Below are positions 20,632 to 30,714 of a stretch of DNA of 64,000 bases, one piece after another (position 1 is the first letter of the stretch; every line of letters begins with the position of its first letter). The notes beneath the pieces are model-generated. The model was not told the origin of the DNA, did no database searches, and was given only the letters and a program-made list of their open reading frames with translations. The position numbers and the translations under genes are program-made. The stretch spans positions 128,001 through 192,000 of the forward strand of contig CBDCTZ010000014.1 in NCBI GenBank assembly GCA_965222375.1. Reading direction: 5' to 3'. Origin of the DNA: Polyangiaceae bacterium (lineage in GTDB: Bacteria; Myxococcota_A; Polyangia; Polyangiales; Polyangiaceae).

Positions 20632-22007
20632 TCGTCGTCGTTGGACTGAGCCACCGTACGGCGCCCATCGAGGTGCGAGAGCAAATCGCGCTCTCGAAGG
20701 ATCAAGTCGAAAACGCCCTCAAAGAGATCCTGGTGCAGCCTCATGTGGGCGAAGCCATGCTCGTCAGCACCTGCAATCGCGTGGAACTCGTCGCGGCGGC
20801 AAGCGCCGAGGGTGCATCCTTGGATGCTACCGCGAACGATGCCGTCGAAGCGCTCGGCAAGATAGCGCCAGGCGTCAAGAAACACCTCTACGTGCATGCA
20901 GGCGCGGACGCCGTGAGCCATCTGTTCCGCGTCGCGTCGTCCCTGGATTCCCTCGTCTTGGGGGAGCCGCAGATCCTGGGTCAGGTTAAAGACGCCTTCG
21001 AAGTGGCGCGTCGCGCCGGAACCGTGGGGCGCTGCCTGCACCGCACGGTGCCCCGGGCGCTGCGCACCGCGAAGCGCGTGCGCACGGAGACCAGCGTGGG
21101 CGCGGGCCAAGTGAGTGTGCCCAGCGTTGGGGTGGACCTGGCGCGGCAGATCTTCGGGGAACTGAAGGGGCATACGGTGGTTCTGATCGGCTCCGGCGAA
21201 ATGGCGGAGACCGCCGCCAAGTTGCTGAAAAATGCCGGCTGCAGATTGATTGTCGTGGGTCGAAACGCAGCGCGAGTGTCGGTGCTGTCCCGAGCCGTGG
21301 GCGGCGAAGGCATGAGCTGGGAGCGGATGGACGACGCGCTGGTCATGGCTGACGTCGTGGTGACCGGCACCAGTGCGCCGGGCTACGTGGTGCCCCAGAG
21401 ACTCGTCGCCGGTCTGCGCCGGAAGCGCAAAGGTCGCAGCCTGTTTTTCATCGATCTCGCCGTGCCCCGAGACGTCGACCCTGGCGTCGAAGATCTGGAC
21501 GGGGTCTTCCTCTACAACGTGGACGACCTCTCCAAGGTCGTGGCCGAGACTCTGGCGTCCCGCGCCAAGGAAGCGGACCGAGCGGAACAGATCGTGCGGG
21601 ACGAAACCGCGGGTTGGGAGCGCTGGGCGGATGCGGAGTTGGTCACTCCGGCCATCGTCACTTTGCGAGCGCAATTCGCCGCCATCCTCGGCAAGGAGCT
21701 CGACAAGAGTTTGCGCAGCAGATTGAAGCATCTCGAGGGCGATGACCGCGCGGCGCTCAAGGACATGCTGGATGCAGCGATCAACAAGCTACTGCACACG
21801 CCCACTCAGCGCCTGCGGCGGCGAGCTTCGGGCGAGCGAATCGAGCCGGAACGCGCGGACCAACTAGCCGTACTGTTGGAAGAGCTATTCTCGAGCGGTG
21901 AAGACGACGATGCCGAGCCCCTGAGCCGGTCGGTTCCTTCCAAGACAGAGCAAGACGAAGAAAAACCGCTCGCCCCTCGGCCGCGCGCAACGGGCAGCGA
22001 TCGGTGA
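20628..22007 (+). CDS. hemA: Glutamyl-tRNA reductase
   Basis: GLSHRTAPIEVRE, STCNRVE, HLFRVASSLDSLVLGEPQILGQVK, IDLAVPRDVD. Confidence 0.97.
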   Translation: MIVVVGLSHRTAPIEVREQIALSKDQVENALKEILVQPHVGEAMLVSTCNRVELVAAASAEGASLDATANDAVEALGKIAPGVKKHLYVHAGADAVSHLFRVASSLDSLVLGEPQILGQVKDAFEVARRAGTVGRCLHRTVPRALRTAKRVRTETSVGAGQVSVPSVGVDLARQIFGELKGHTVVLIGSGEMAETAAKLLKNAGCRLIVVGRNAARVSVLSRAVGGEGMSWERMDDALVMADVVVTGTSAPGYVVPQRLVAGLRRKRKGRSLFFIDLAVPRDVDPGVEDLDGVFLYNVDDLSKVVAETLASRAKEADRAEQIVRDETAGWERWADAELVTPAIVTLRAQFAAILGKELDKSLRSRLKHLEGDDRAALKDMLDAAINKLLHTPTQRLRRRASGERIEPERADQLAVLLEELFSSGEDDDAEPLSRSVPSKTEQDEEKPLAPRPRATGSDR

Positions 22008-22047
22008 TTGACGCGATCGGGCCGTTCTGTGAGCGTGCCACGTCGAG

Positions 22048-22947
22048 ATGACCAAACTCACGGTTGCCACACGCAAGAGTAAGCTGGCACTCGCCCAAAC
22101 CCGGGCGTTCATGCAGAAAATGCGGGAGGCGCACCCGGGCCTCGAATTGGAAGAATTGCACGTCGTCACCACCGGCGACCGGGTGCAGGACCGCGCTCTC
22201 AGCGAGATCGGCGGCAAGGGCTTGTTCATCAAGGAGATCGAAGAAGCGCTTCTCGACGGCAGAGCCGACTTCGCCGTTCATTCCATCAAAGACGTGCCCG
22301 CGGATCTCGCGCCCGGCCTGGCGCTCGGCTGCATCCCGCTGCGCGAAGACGCGCGGGATGTGTTGATCACTCGCGACGGACAGCCTTTGGAGGCTCTGGT
22401 AAAAGGAGCGCGTCTAGGCACTTCCTCTCTTCGACGTCGAGTCCAACTCGCGCTGCTTCGCCCAGATCTGGAAGTGCTGCCCATGCGCGGAAACGTGGAT
22501 ACACGTTTGCGCAAACTGTCCGAAGGCGTGGCGGACGCGATCATTCTGGCGCAGGCGGGTTTGGTGCGCTTGGATCTGGCCGAGCGAGGCACTCAGCTCC
22601 TGGAGCCGGAGCAGTGTCTGCCCGCGGTGGGCCAGGGAGCTCTTGGAATCGAGATCCGAGAGGAAGATGACGTCACACGACAGCTTTTGAAGAAGTTGGA
22701 GGACGAATTGACGGCGCTGCGGGTGTACGCCGAGCGCGGAGTGATGCGCGCTGTCGAAGGCAGTTGTCAGCTGCCCGTGGCGGCCTATGCGGAAAAAGCG
22801 GACGGCCGCATGCGTTTGCGAGGCCTGCTGGCCGAGCCCGATGGGACTCGCCTGCGCACGAGCAGCACCGAAGCGGCGTGGCCGAGCAGCACGTCGCAAG
22901 CGGTCGAACTGGGCGAAGCCCTTGGGGCCGAACTCAAGTCCGCATGA
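22048..22947 (+). CDS. hemC: Hydroxymethylbilane synthase
   Basis: ATRKSKLALAQ, GGKGLFIKEIE, AVHSIKD, GTSSLRR, RGNVDTRL. Confidence 0.97.
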   Translation: MTKLTVATRKSKLALAQTRAFMQKMREAHPGLELEELHVVTTGDRVQDRALSEIGGKGLFIKEIEEALLDGRADFAVHSIKDVPADLAPGLALGCIPLREDARDVLITRDGQPLEALVKGARLGTSSLRRRVQLALLRPDLEVLPMRGNVDTRLRKLSEGVADAIILAQAGLVRLDLAERGTQLLEPEQCLPAVGQGALGIEIREEDDVTRQLLKKLEDELTALRVYAERGVMRAVEGSCQLPVAAYAEKADGRMRLRGLLAEPDGTRLRTSSTEAAWPSSTSQAVELGEALGAELKSA

Positions 22948-23984
22948 TCCTTCGCAGCCTGCGGCGCCGCCTCGCGGAAACCTTGGAAAACGGCCAGCTC
23001 GGCGGGCGGCTCCCGTCCGCGGGGGCTTGGGCGTGGCAGCGTTTGGCGTCGCCGAGCCGCCCTGTGATTCTGCCCCCAGGCATCAAGGTCATCGGCGTGG
23101 GTGGCGCCGTGCTCGGGGGCTCGGGCAAGACGCCTCTGACCCAAGCCTTGGCGAGCGGGCTCAGGCGTCGAGGGCTGCGCGTTGGCGTGGTTGCGTCGAC
23201 CTATCCCCAGCGCGTCAAAGCAGCGCAGCTCGTGGGGGTCAACGCGCTTGCTAGTCGCGTTGGAGACGAGGCGCTGATGTTGTCGCGGGTCCTCTCCGCT
23301 CAGGAGGTCCCAGTGTTCGTGGGCCCCAATCGAAGTACCGCGCTTGCATACGCCGCTAGCTTTGCGGATGTCGTCGTGGTCGATGGATTGCTCCAGACGA
23401 AATCGAAACGTTTGGAGTTGTCGCTGCTTGCGCTGGATGGCGCGGAGCCCTGGGGCGCTGGCCGCTGTCCGCCAGCGGGGGATCTGCGAGCGGCGCCCGC
23501 ACAACTCCTTCAGGCGTGCGACGCCACGGTTTGTGTGACGCATTCGGAAGCTGCGCCCCTTCAGGTTAGCGGGCGACCCAGGTTCCGACTGCGCTGTCGC
23601 CTCTTCGGAGCGCGCACGCCGGATGGGCAACTCATCGGCGCCGATGCCTTGGCGCGGATGAAGCTCGGAGCTTGCTTCGGCGTGGCGCGGCCATCGCGCA
23701 TCCTGCAAATGCTCCGGGAGCACAACATCGACGTCGACCCCATCTGGCTTGCGGCAGATCATGTGGCCCCGGTACCCCGTCGGCCCAGCCCCAGGGTGGA
23801 GCTGTGGCTGGTCACGGCCAAATGCGCGGTGAAGCTGCCCACGACCCTGGCGGGGCGGCCCATGGCGGTCTTGGAACTCGAGTGGCAGCTCGACGACTCC
23901 CTGATTTCATTGGCTTTTTCTCGCTGCTCGCCAACGCCCGGTCGGGCTTTTTCCCCCGTGAGTGAAGCTCGGACCCCGTGCTAG
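22944..23984 (+). CDS. lpxK: Tetraacyldisaccharide 4'-kinase (divergent)
   Basis: VIGVGGAVLGGSGKTP, VGDEALML, PPAGDLR, GVARP, VTAKCAVKL. Confidence 0.75.
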   Translation: MILRSLRRRLAETLENGQLGGRLPSAGAWAWQRLASPSRPVILPPGIKVIGVGGAVLGGSGKTPLTQALASGLRRRGLRVGVVASTYPQRVKAAQLVGVNALASRVGDEALMLSRVLSAQEVPVFVGPNRSTALAYAASFADVVVVDGLLQTKSKRLELSLLALDGAEPWGAGRCPPAGDLRAAPAQLLQACDATVCVTHSEAAPLQVSGRPRFRLRCRLFGARTPDGQLIGADALARMKLGACFGVARPSRILQMLREHNIDVDPIWLAADHVAPVPRRPSPRVELWLVTAKCAVKLPTTLAGRPMAVLELEWQLDDSLISLAFSRCSPTPGRAFSPVSEARTPC

Positions 23985-23994
23985 AGTCCCGCGC

Positions 23995-24648
23995 ATGTTC
24001 GGCCTCAGCACCCCCAGGAACGGGTTCTTTTTCGTCACGTTGACTGCCGCAGCCCTGAGCCTAGGCATGGCTCATTGCGGCCCCAAAGAAGGCCCCAAAG
24101 TCGCGGCTGTGAAAGCGGGTGACATGCCCGTGGGTGGCGATTGGACCGGCGTCTACTTCAGCAAGACGTATGGCTACCTTCATCTAGTGAAGGAAGGCGA
24201 CACCATCAGCGGCAAGTGGCGCGTGACCGCGGGTGACAAGTGGGGAGAGATGAGCGGCAAGGTGACCGGCAATCTCTTCAAGTACGAGTGGAAGGAGCAT
24301 ACCATCGGTATGGTCGGCGCTGCCGCCGGTTCGAGCGGGCGTGGCTACTTCGTGTACAAGGTCCCGAAAGAGGGCGAAGCGCACGTGATCGACGGAGAGT
24401 GGGGTCTCAAAACCGACGAGACCGGCCAAAAGTGGGAAGCCGTCAAGCAACAGAACATGGCGTCGGATCCCGATAGCGTGATGCCCGACGAACTCGAAGG
24501 CCGAAGTAGCGGTGGCGGCTGGGACGAAGGCGAAGGCGCACCGAAGGGTGGCGGTGGCGGAGCAACCGAAGGCGGCGGCGACACTGAAGGTGGCGACGAA
24601 GGCGGCAGCGACGACGAAGGTGGCGGCCTCGACGCGCCGTTGGAGTGA
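23995..24648 (+). CDS. Hypothetical lipoprotein with Gly/Glu-rich tail
   Basis: Signal ending in MAHCG; beta-rich core. Confidence 0.7.
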   Translation: MFGLSTPRNGFFFVTLTAAALSLGMAHCGPKEGPKVAAVKAGDMPVGGDWTGVYFSKTYGYLHLVKEGDTISGKWRVTAGDKWGEMSGKVTGNLFKYEWKEHTIGMVGAAAGSSGRGYFVYKVPKEGEAHVIDGEWGLKTDETGQKWEAVKQQNMASDPDSVMPDELEGRSSGGGWDEGEGAPKGGGGGATEGGGDTEGGDEGGSDDEGGGLDAPLE

Positions 24649-24651
24649 GTA

Positions 24652-26154
24652 GTGCCGGATCAGGCGTCTCGTGGACTGAGTTTTGAAGAGCCCCCGATTT
24701 TCGAACGTGGTGCTCCCGGTCGCACAGGGGTTTCCCTGCCCGCCTTGGATGTACCCGCAGTAGATCTAGCGAGCGAGCTTGGCACTCTGAACCGCGCTGA
24801 GCCCCCGGGTTTGCCCGAAGTGAGCGAGCCCGAAGCGTTTCGGCATTTCGTCCGCCTCTCGCAGTGGAACTTCAGCATCGATACCCAGTTCTATCCGCTG
24901 GGTTCGTGCACCATGAAGTTCAACCCCAAGGTCAACGAGTGGGCGGCTCGCCTGCCTGGGTTCGCGGGCCTGCATCCCCTGACCCCCCCGGAGCTCTGCC
25001 AAGGTGCTCTGGAGCTCATGGTGCGCTTGGAGCGCATTCTGGCGGAGATTGTTGGCATGGACGGCGTGAGCTTGCAGCCCGCCGCCGGTGCGCAGGGCGA
25101 GCTGACCGGGTTGATGATGATCCGCGCGCACCACCTCGCGAACGGTCGCAGCCCGAAGAAGGTCTTCATCCCCGACAGCGCCCACGGCACCAACCCGGCG
25201 AGCTGCACGCTCAATGGTTTCGATGCGGTGCCGTTTCCCGCAGGCCCCCAAGGCATCGTGGAAGTCGAGACCCTTGCCGCCGCCCTCGACAAAGCCAAGG
25301 GGGACGTTGCGGCGCTGATGATCACCAACCCCAACACGCTGGGGCTGTACGAGAGCGCGATGCCGCAGTTGACCCGGCTGGTGCACGACTGCGGCGGGTT
25401 GGTTTACGGCGACGGCGCGAATCTCAATGCCGTTCTTGGGCGTGCGCGGCCTGGCGATGCTGGGGTCGACGTCATGCAATTCAACTTGCACAAGACCTTC
25501 ACCACGCCCCATGGCGGAGGCGGTCCGGGCTCGGGGCCTGTCGCCTTCAAGAAGATCCTGGAGTCCTATCAGCCCGGTCCGGTGGTGCGCTCGGAGGGAG
25601 ACGCCTTCGTGGTCGATGCCGATCGTCCCCACAGCGTCGGACGGGTACGTTCTTTTTTCGGCAATTTCGGGATGATGGTGCGGGCCTACGCCTACATTCG
25701 GGAGCTGGGCCCCGAGGGCCTCAAAGCAGTCAGCGACATGGCTGTGCTCAACGCGAACTATCTGGTGGCGCGGCTGCGCGAGCATTTCCCCATCGCCTTC
25801 GATAGTCCTCCCCTGCACGAGGCCGTGTTCACGGACAAGGGGTTGGAGGCCAGCACTGGCGTCAAGACGCTGGACCTGGCCAAGCGACTGCTCGATTATG
25901 GGTATCACTCACCGACGGTTTACTTCCCGTTGGTGGTGCGGGGGGCGCTGATGATCGAACCAACGGAAACGGAGACCAAACAGACCATCGACGATTTCGT
26001 CGGGGCCATGGCTGCGATCAAGCGGGAAGCTGAGGAAAACCCAGAGCTGGTCAAAGGCGCACCCCACCTCACGCGGTTGGGGCGCCTGGACGAAGCGCGA
26101 GCGGCGCGCAAGCCGCGCTTGCGTTGGACTCCCGAGCAGCCGGAAGAGGGCTGA
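24652..26154 (+). CDS. gcvPB: Glycine dehydrogenase (decarboxylating) subunit 2
   Basis: YPLGSCTMKFNP, QPAAGAQGE, PDSAHGTNPAS, NLHKTFTTPHGGGGPG, MIEPTETE. Confidence 0.96.
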   Translation: MPDQASRGLSFEEPPIFERGAPGRTGVSLPALDVPAVDLASELGTLNRAEPPGLPEVSEPEAFRHFVRLSQWNFSIDTQFYPLGSCTMKFNPKVNEWAARLPGFAGLHPLTPPELCQGALELMVRLERILAEIVGMDGVSLQPAAGAQGELTGLMMIRAHHLANGRSPKKVFIPDSAHGTNPASCTLNGFDAVPFPAGPQGIVEVETLAAALDKAKGDVAALMITNPNTLGLYESAMPQLTRLVHDCGGLVYGDGANLNAVLGRARPGDAGVDVMQFNLHKTFTTPHGGGGPGSGPVAFKKILESYQPGPVVRSEGDAFVVDADRPHSVGRVRSFFGNFGMMVRAYAYIRELGPEGLKAVSDMAVLNANYLVARLREHFPIAFDSPPLHEAVFTDKGLEASTGVKTLDLAKRLLDYGYHSPTVYFPLVVRGALMIEPTETETKQTIDDFVGAMAAIKREAEENPELVKGAPHLTRLGRLDEARAARKPRLRWTPEQPEEG

Positions 26155-26158
26155 CATC

Positions 26159-26356
26159 ATGTCGTGGGCGGACCAACCCGAAGATCAGAAGCAACTCGTG
26201 ATTCAGGCACTGGAGCGCGAAGCGGATCGCCTGGAGCGTGAAGCCGTGCACATGCAGCAGGTTGCGCAGCGCCTGGGGCGCCCATCTCTAGTCGATCGGC
26301 AAGAGCTGGGCGCCAACGCGTTTCGCGACGCCGTCGAGCGACTGCGCGGAAAATGA
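26159..26356 (+). CDS. Small hypothetical protein
   Basis: 65-aa ORF 4 bp after gcvPB, followed by a hairpin. Confidence 0.55.
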   Translation: MSWADQPEDQKQLVIQALEREADRLEREAVHMQQVAQRLGRPSLVDRQELGANAFRDAVERLRGK

Positions 26357-26359
26357 AGT

Positions 26360-26383
26360 CCCTGCCGTGATGTCACGGCAGGG
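26360..26383. terminator. Hairpin between convergent genes (putative bidirectional terminator)
   Basis: CCCTGCCGTGA-TG-TCACGGCAGGG. Confidence 0.6.
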
Positions 26384-26400
26384 GCACTCAGACTAGCGGC

Positions 26401-27154
26401 TCAGGAACAGGTGCCCGAGACGCAGTGCACGCTCGGGATCTGACACTCCATGCCATCGCTGGAGCTGATGAACGAGGGCGCGCCTTGGACGATCTGGCCG
26501 TCCTTGCAGTAGTCCGGCGGCAGCGGCGTGAATTGCGGGCAAGCGCTGCCGTCGTTGGTGACGCAATGCACGCTCGGCATTGCGCATTCTTTGCCATCCG
26601 CGGACGAGATGTAGGAGTCCGCGCCCTTCACGACCGTGCCGTTCGGGCAGTAGCCGGGGGGCAAAGGCGAAATCTGCGGGCAGGCGCCGAAGTCGTTGGT
26701 CAGGCAGTGCTGCTCCGACTTGGTGCATTCGAAGTTGCCCGTGCCGCTCTCGAACTTGGTTTCAGAAACCACCGTGCCATCAGCACAGAAGGCTGGCGCG
26801 GTGCAGGCGTTGGCGTCGTTGCTGACGCAGTGCACGCTGGGCAACTCGCACTCCATGCCGTCCGCCGACGGAATGAAAGAGGGTGCGCCTTTGACGATCT
26901 TGCCGTCCTGGCAGTAGTCCGGCGGCAGAGGAGACAGCTGCGGGCAGGCGCCGCCGTCGCTTGTGACGCAGTACACGCTGGGCATCTGGCACTCTTTGCC
27001 GTCGCTCGACGTGATGAAGGAATCAGCGCCTTTCACGACGGTGCCGTTGGGGCACCAACCTGGAGGTAGCGGAGACAACTGCGGACAGGCCGAGCCGTCG
27101 TCCGTCACGCAGTGGTCTTGCCGCTCCTGGCACTCCTACAGCGAGCAATTTCAT
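26401..27154 (-). pseudogene. Cys-rich tandem-repeat protein with out-of-frame 5' end
   Basis: Repeats of HCVTNDGSACPQLSPLPPxYCxDGxIVKGAxSFIxSxDGxEC; that frame is closed upstream by TAG, while a MKLLAVG start (27154) lies in another frame. Confidence 0.6.
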
Positions 27155-27346
27155 GGGTGACCTGCCTTGGGTTGAGGTGGGAGCCTTGCTCCCTTTCACC
27201 GACACTCACCTACACTGTCTCAGCCGTCCTTCTGACCGTCAAGACACTTAAATTTGGCTGGAACAGCGTCGCTGGGATTTTCCAGGCACACGGTCGGGCT
27301 TGTCAACACGCGCGGTTCGGTCCCCGTTGATCGGGAAGATTGCTAG

Positions 27347-27433
27347 CGGAGACGGAGGGATTCGAACCCTCGGTACCGTTGCCGGTACACATGATTTCCA
27401 ATCATGCACCTTCGACCACTCGGTCACGTCTCC
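27347..27433 (-). tRNA. tRNA-Ser(GGA)
   Basis: GGAGACG..CGTCTCC acceptor stem, anticodon arm CATGA-TTGGAAA-TCATG, long variable arm, GGTTCGAATCC. Confidence 0.95.
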
Positions 27434-27504
27434 TGTTGCCACCTCGAGCGAGGTCGCGCCGCGTTCTCTAATCAGAGCCCACGGCCGAGCCAAGTAGGCC
27501 CGGG

Positions 27505-27591
27505 CGGAGAGAGTGGGATTCGAACCCACGGTACCCTCACGGGTACACCTGATTTCGAATCAGGCACCTTCGGCCACTCGGTCATCTCTCC
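27505..27591 (-). tRNA. tRNA-Ser(CGA)
   Basis: GGAGAGA..TCTCTCC acceptor stem, anticodon arm CCTGA-TTCGAAA-TCAGG, long variable arm, GGTTCGAATCC. Confidence 0.95.
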
Positions 27592-27911
27592 GCGGCGGAA
27601 TCTGTCAGCCGGTCGCCGGACTGTCAATCTCAACCAGCTGGGGATTGACACGTCGCGTCATCATGCTCAGGTTGGCCCGAGTTCCGAGGAAAATCCATGT
27701 TTGAGCCTCTTTTCGCCCATTTTGGACCCCTGCCTTCCGCCGTGCTGCTGCTCAGCGTTCTGCTGCTCGCGGTCGCCTCCCCGGTTCGGCACGTCATCGT
27801 CACTTCGCGACTTCCGGCTCGTGTGCGCGGCTGCGTGCGTCGCCTGTCCCCACTTGGCAGTCTGCCCTAAGCCATTTGCCCCGCCATCGCGCTGCCGCGA
27901 TAGTCCCGAGC

Positions 27912-28775
27912 ATGGGGTCCCGTCGGGTCGTGGTGGTTTTACTCGCCGTTGCGCCCCAGGTTGCGGCGCAGTCGTCGACCCCAGACGCTGTGACCGAAGG
28001 GTCCACCTCGAGCGCCACTGTGCCGGCGAAGAAGTCAGCGTCCTCGTCGAAAGCGCCTTCGCCCGCGTCGAAGAGCCAAGCGCCCTCGCTCGGGTCGAAG
28101 AGCTCAGCCACGTTGCAGTCGGCTAGAGATCCCGAAGCCGCACCTTCTACGCCGCCCGCACCGGACCAGAAATACGATCCAACGACGTTGGGTTTCCAGT
28201 TGGGCACTGGAGTCGTCGCGCGACTCGGCGGTGGACTCGACCCGGAGTTCGCAGAGCATGAGCGCGTCGATCTCGCCTACGGAGTCGGGGCCTGGTTCGC
28301 ACCCAGCCGCTTGTTCAGCCTCGGCCTGCGTTACGAGCGGGTCGGCGAGGGCGGCGAGCGCACGAAAACCGGTGCGGCGACACTACGCGTGCAGCGCGAT
28401 CTCGACGCGCTGATGTTGGGCGCTCGGGTCTACCCGATCCGCGGCGACGCTTGGGGCATGTACATGCACCTGGGCCTCGGCCTGTCGAATCAACACCTGG
28501 ACGCAAACGGCGCCCGCCCGGCAACCACGTTTGGCCCCGGTCCGACCTTCGCGTGTTCGGCCAGCGACGGACCGGGTCTTTCCCTGAGCAGCGGCGCAGG
28601 CCTGGACATCGACGTGGCCCGCCGCTTCGCCTTCCTCGCCGAAGGCCACATCAGCGCCTACCGCCACGGCGGGGAAGTCCTCGACGCTTGCGCTCCCGGG
28701 TCCGGTTCGATCACGAACATCGGCGCGAATTTGGGCTTCATGTACCGCTTCGAGCTGGCCGGCCTGGGCGGCTGA
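27912..28775 (+). CDS. Putative outer-membrane beta-barrel protein
   Basis: Signal peptide, Ser/Ala linker, alternating beta strands, ends with LGFMYRF. Confidence 0.65.
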   Translation: MGSRRVVVVLLAVAPQVAAQSSTPDAVTEGSTSSATVPAKKSASSSKAPSPASKSQAPSLGSKSSATLQSARDPEAAPSTPPAPDQKYDPTTLGFQLGTGVVARLGGGLDPEFAEHERVDLAYGVGAWFAPSRLFSLGLRYERVGEGGERTKTGAATLRVQRDLDALMLGARVYPIRGDAWGMYMHLGLGLSNQHLDANGARPATTFGPGPTFACSASDGPGLSLSSGAGLDIDVARRFAFLAEGHISAYRHGGEVLDACAPGSGSITNIGANLGFMYRFELAGLGG

Positions 28776-28971
28776 GTCTCCGCTTCGGCCTAGCTGGTTT
28801 TTTGGGGGATGGTGCACTCCCCCCGTCATCGACAGTTCGGCGCGGCGCCTGCGATGCGCGCCCGCCCCGTCCGGCGGCACGGCAGCGGCGCACGGATTCG
28901 CGGAAGTCGTCAAGTTTAGACTTGACTAGTCGTAACTTGACGAGTCTTGACTTGTTGATTATCTTGGGGCC

Positions 28972-30345
28972 ATGTTTGTCGGTCGCCAGCGAGAGCTGCG
29001 GTTGCTCGAGCAGGCATGGGGGAGCCCTGAGGGCGCCTTCGTGCCAGTGTACGGACGACGTCGCGTTGGCAAGAGCGAGCTGCTGCTCAAGCACGCCGAA
29101 AACAAACCGGCGGTCTACTATCTGGGTAAGAAAGCGCCCGCAGCGCTGCAGATGGCGGAGTTTGCCCGTGAAGCCGCGGTTGCGCTGAAGCAACCACTGC
29201 TGGACCGGTTCTCGGGAACCTGGAAGGAGCTGCTCGTCGCGATCGAAGAGCAGCATCAGGGGTCCGGCAAACTGTTGCTCATCCTCGACGAGTTCCAGTG
29301 GATCGTGGAAGGCAGCCCCGAGCTCCCCTCCGTGCTGCAAGAGCTGTGGGATCGACGTTGGAGGAACTCCGGCCGAGTGATGCTCGTGTTGTGCGGCTCC
29401 TTCATTGGATTCATGGAGCGTGAAGTGCTGGGGCAGAAGAGCCCTTTGTTTGGGCGGCGCACCGCGCAGATCCGGCTCCAACCCTTCGAGCACATCGAAG
29501 CGGCGCGTTTTCATCGCGGGTGGTCTCTAGTGGACAAGGCGCGAGTCCGATTCGTTTGCGGAGGCATTCCGCTCTATCTCCGGATGTTTGATACCTCCGT
29601 GTCCTTCGAGAAGAACCTGGAAGAACAGCTATTGAGCGAGTTTGCGCCCTTGCACCGCGAACCGGAGTTCTTACTACGTGAGGAGCTGCGCGACGTTCAA
29701 AACTACCAAGCAGTCTTGCGAGCAATTGCCTCGGGAAAGCGCACAGCCAAAAACATCGCGTCTGCGAGCGGGGTGGAGGAGCGGAGCCTTCACTACTATC
29801 TGCAACAATTGGTGGAGCTGGGGTACGTAGCGCGCCGCTACCCCCTGACTTCGCGCACGCCAGCTGCCCGTGACGTTCGCTTCATCCTAGACGACCCGTT
29901 GCTTCGCTTCTGGTTCCGCTTCGTCTTTCCCAACAACAGCTACATCCAGCACATGGGTCCAGCACGTGCGTTTCGAGATCGCATCAAACCCGAACTCGAC
30001 GCTTACTTCGGCTCCTGCTTCGAACGCTTGTGTCGCGAGGCGCTTCCCCACCTCTACGCTCGGGAAGGGATCACGGCCTCGTTCGAAGTCGGGGAGTACT
30101 GGAATCGAGACGTCCAGATAGACGTGGTCGGGCTTCGAGACGATGGATGGACCGATCTCGGCGAATGCAAGTGGGCTACCGTCCGTTCGCCGAAGGCGCT
30201 GCACGCGGAGTTGGAAACCCGTGCCGCCAAGTACGACAACGACCGGGGGGCCAGCGTCGGTCGACGCTTCTTCCTCCGAAAGAAGCCTCGCGGCAAACTG
30301 CCCCCCGGCCAATGGCACGACCTGGCAGATCTGTATCGAGCTTGA
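28972..30345 (+). CDS. Archaeal-type AAA ATPase with wHTH and C-terminal PD-(D/E)xK-like domain (ATPase_2/DUF234 type)
   Basis: FVGRQREL, YGRRRVGKS Walker A, LLILDEFQ Walker B, DPLLRFWFRFV, QIDVV...LGECKW. Confidence 0.88.
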   Translation: MFVGRQRELRLLEQAWGSPEGAFVPVYGRRRVGKSELLLKHAENKPAVYYLGKKAPAALQMAEFAREAAVALKQPLLDRFSGTWKELLVAIEEQHQGSGKLLLILDEFQWIVEGSPELPSVLQELWDRRWRNSGRVMLVLCGSFIGFMEREVLGQKSPLFGRRTAQIRLQPFEHIEAARFHRGWSLVDKARVRFVCGGIPLYLRMFDTSVSFEKNLEEQLLSEFAPLHREPEFLLREELRDVQNYQAVLRAIASGKRTAKNIASASGVEERSLHYYLQQLVELGYVARRYPLTSRTPAARDVRFILDDPLLRFWFRFVFPNNSYIQHMGPARAFRDRIKPELDAYFGSCFERLCREALPHLYAREGITASFEVGEYWNRDVQIDVVGLRDDGWTDLGECKWATVRSPKALHAELETRAAKYDNDRGASVGRRFFLRKKPRGKLPPGQWHDLADLYRA

Positions 30346-30714
30346 AGCCCCCTCATGGACCACTCTTCAACTTGCTCGAGCGGTAGCGCATCTCGGTGGC
30401 GACTGCGGGGTCTTGGGATTGTGTGTACTGACGCAGCACGCTGATGGCTTCCTCGGTTCCAATCTCGAAGAGCAGCCAGCTGAACCATTTCGCGATGACG
30501 CCAGGCTCGGAGGCCGTGTACGCCAGGTGCTCGAACCCCATGTTCCCGGCTCCTGAGAAAGTCGAGTTCGGGCTCGACCGGGGATGAGACATGAATGTAC
30601 GGCCCGCCAGGCGCGGTCAATCCCAAGGCACTGCGCCGGCGGCATATCCAAGCGTCCGGCGGCGCGACGCCGGCAGCCTGCCGCCCACCCCGCTCTAAGG
30701 GTCTGCTGCGCGTC

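Noticed and set aside
27347..27591. tRNA-Ser genes as the island integration site
   Set aside because: Their 3' ends point away from the island, and I saw no duplicated tRNA 3' fragment or integrase.
30353..30592. 79-aa minus-strand ORF
   Set aside because: May be a gene fragment, but has no recognisable motif or good start.
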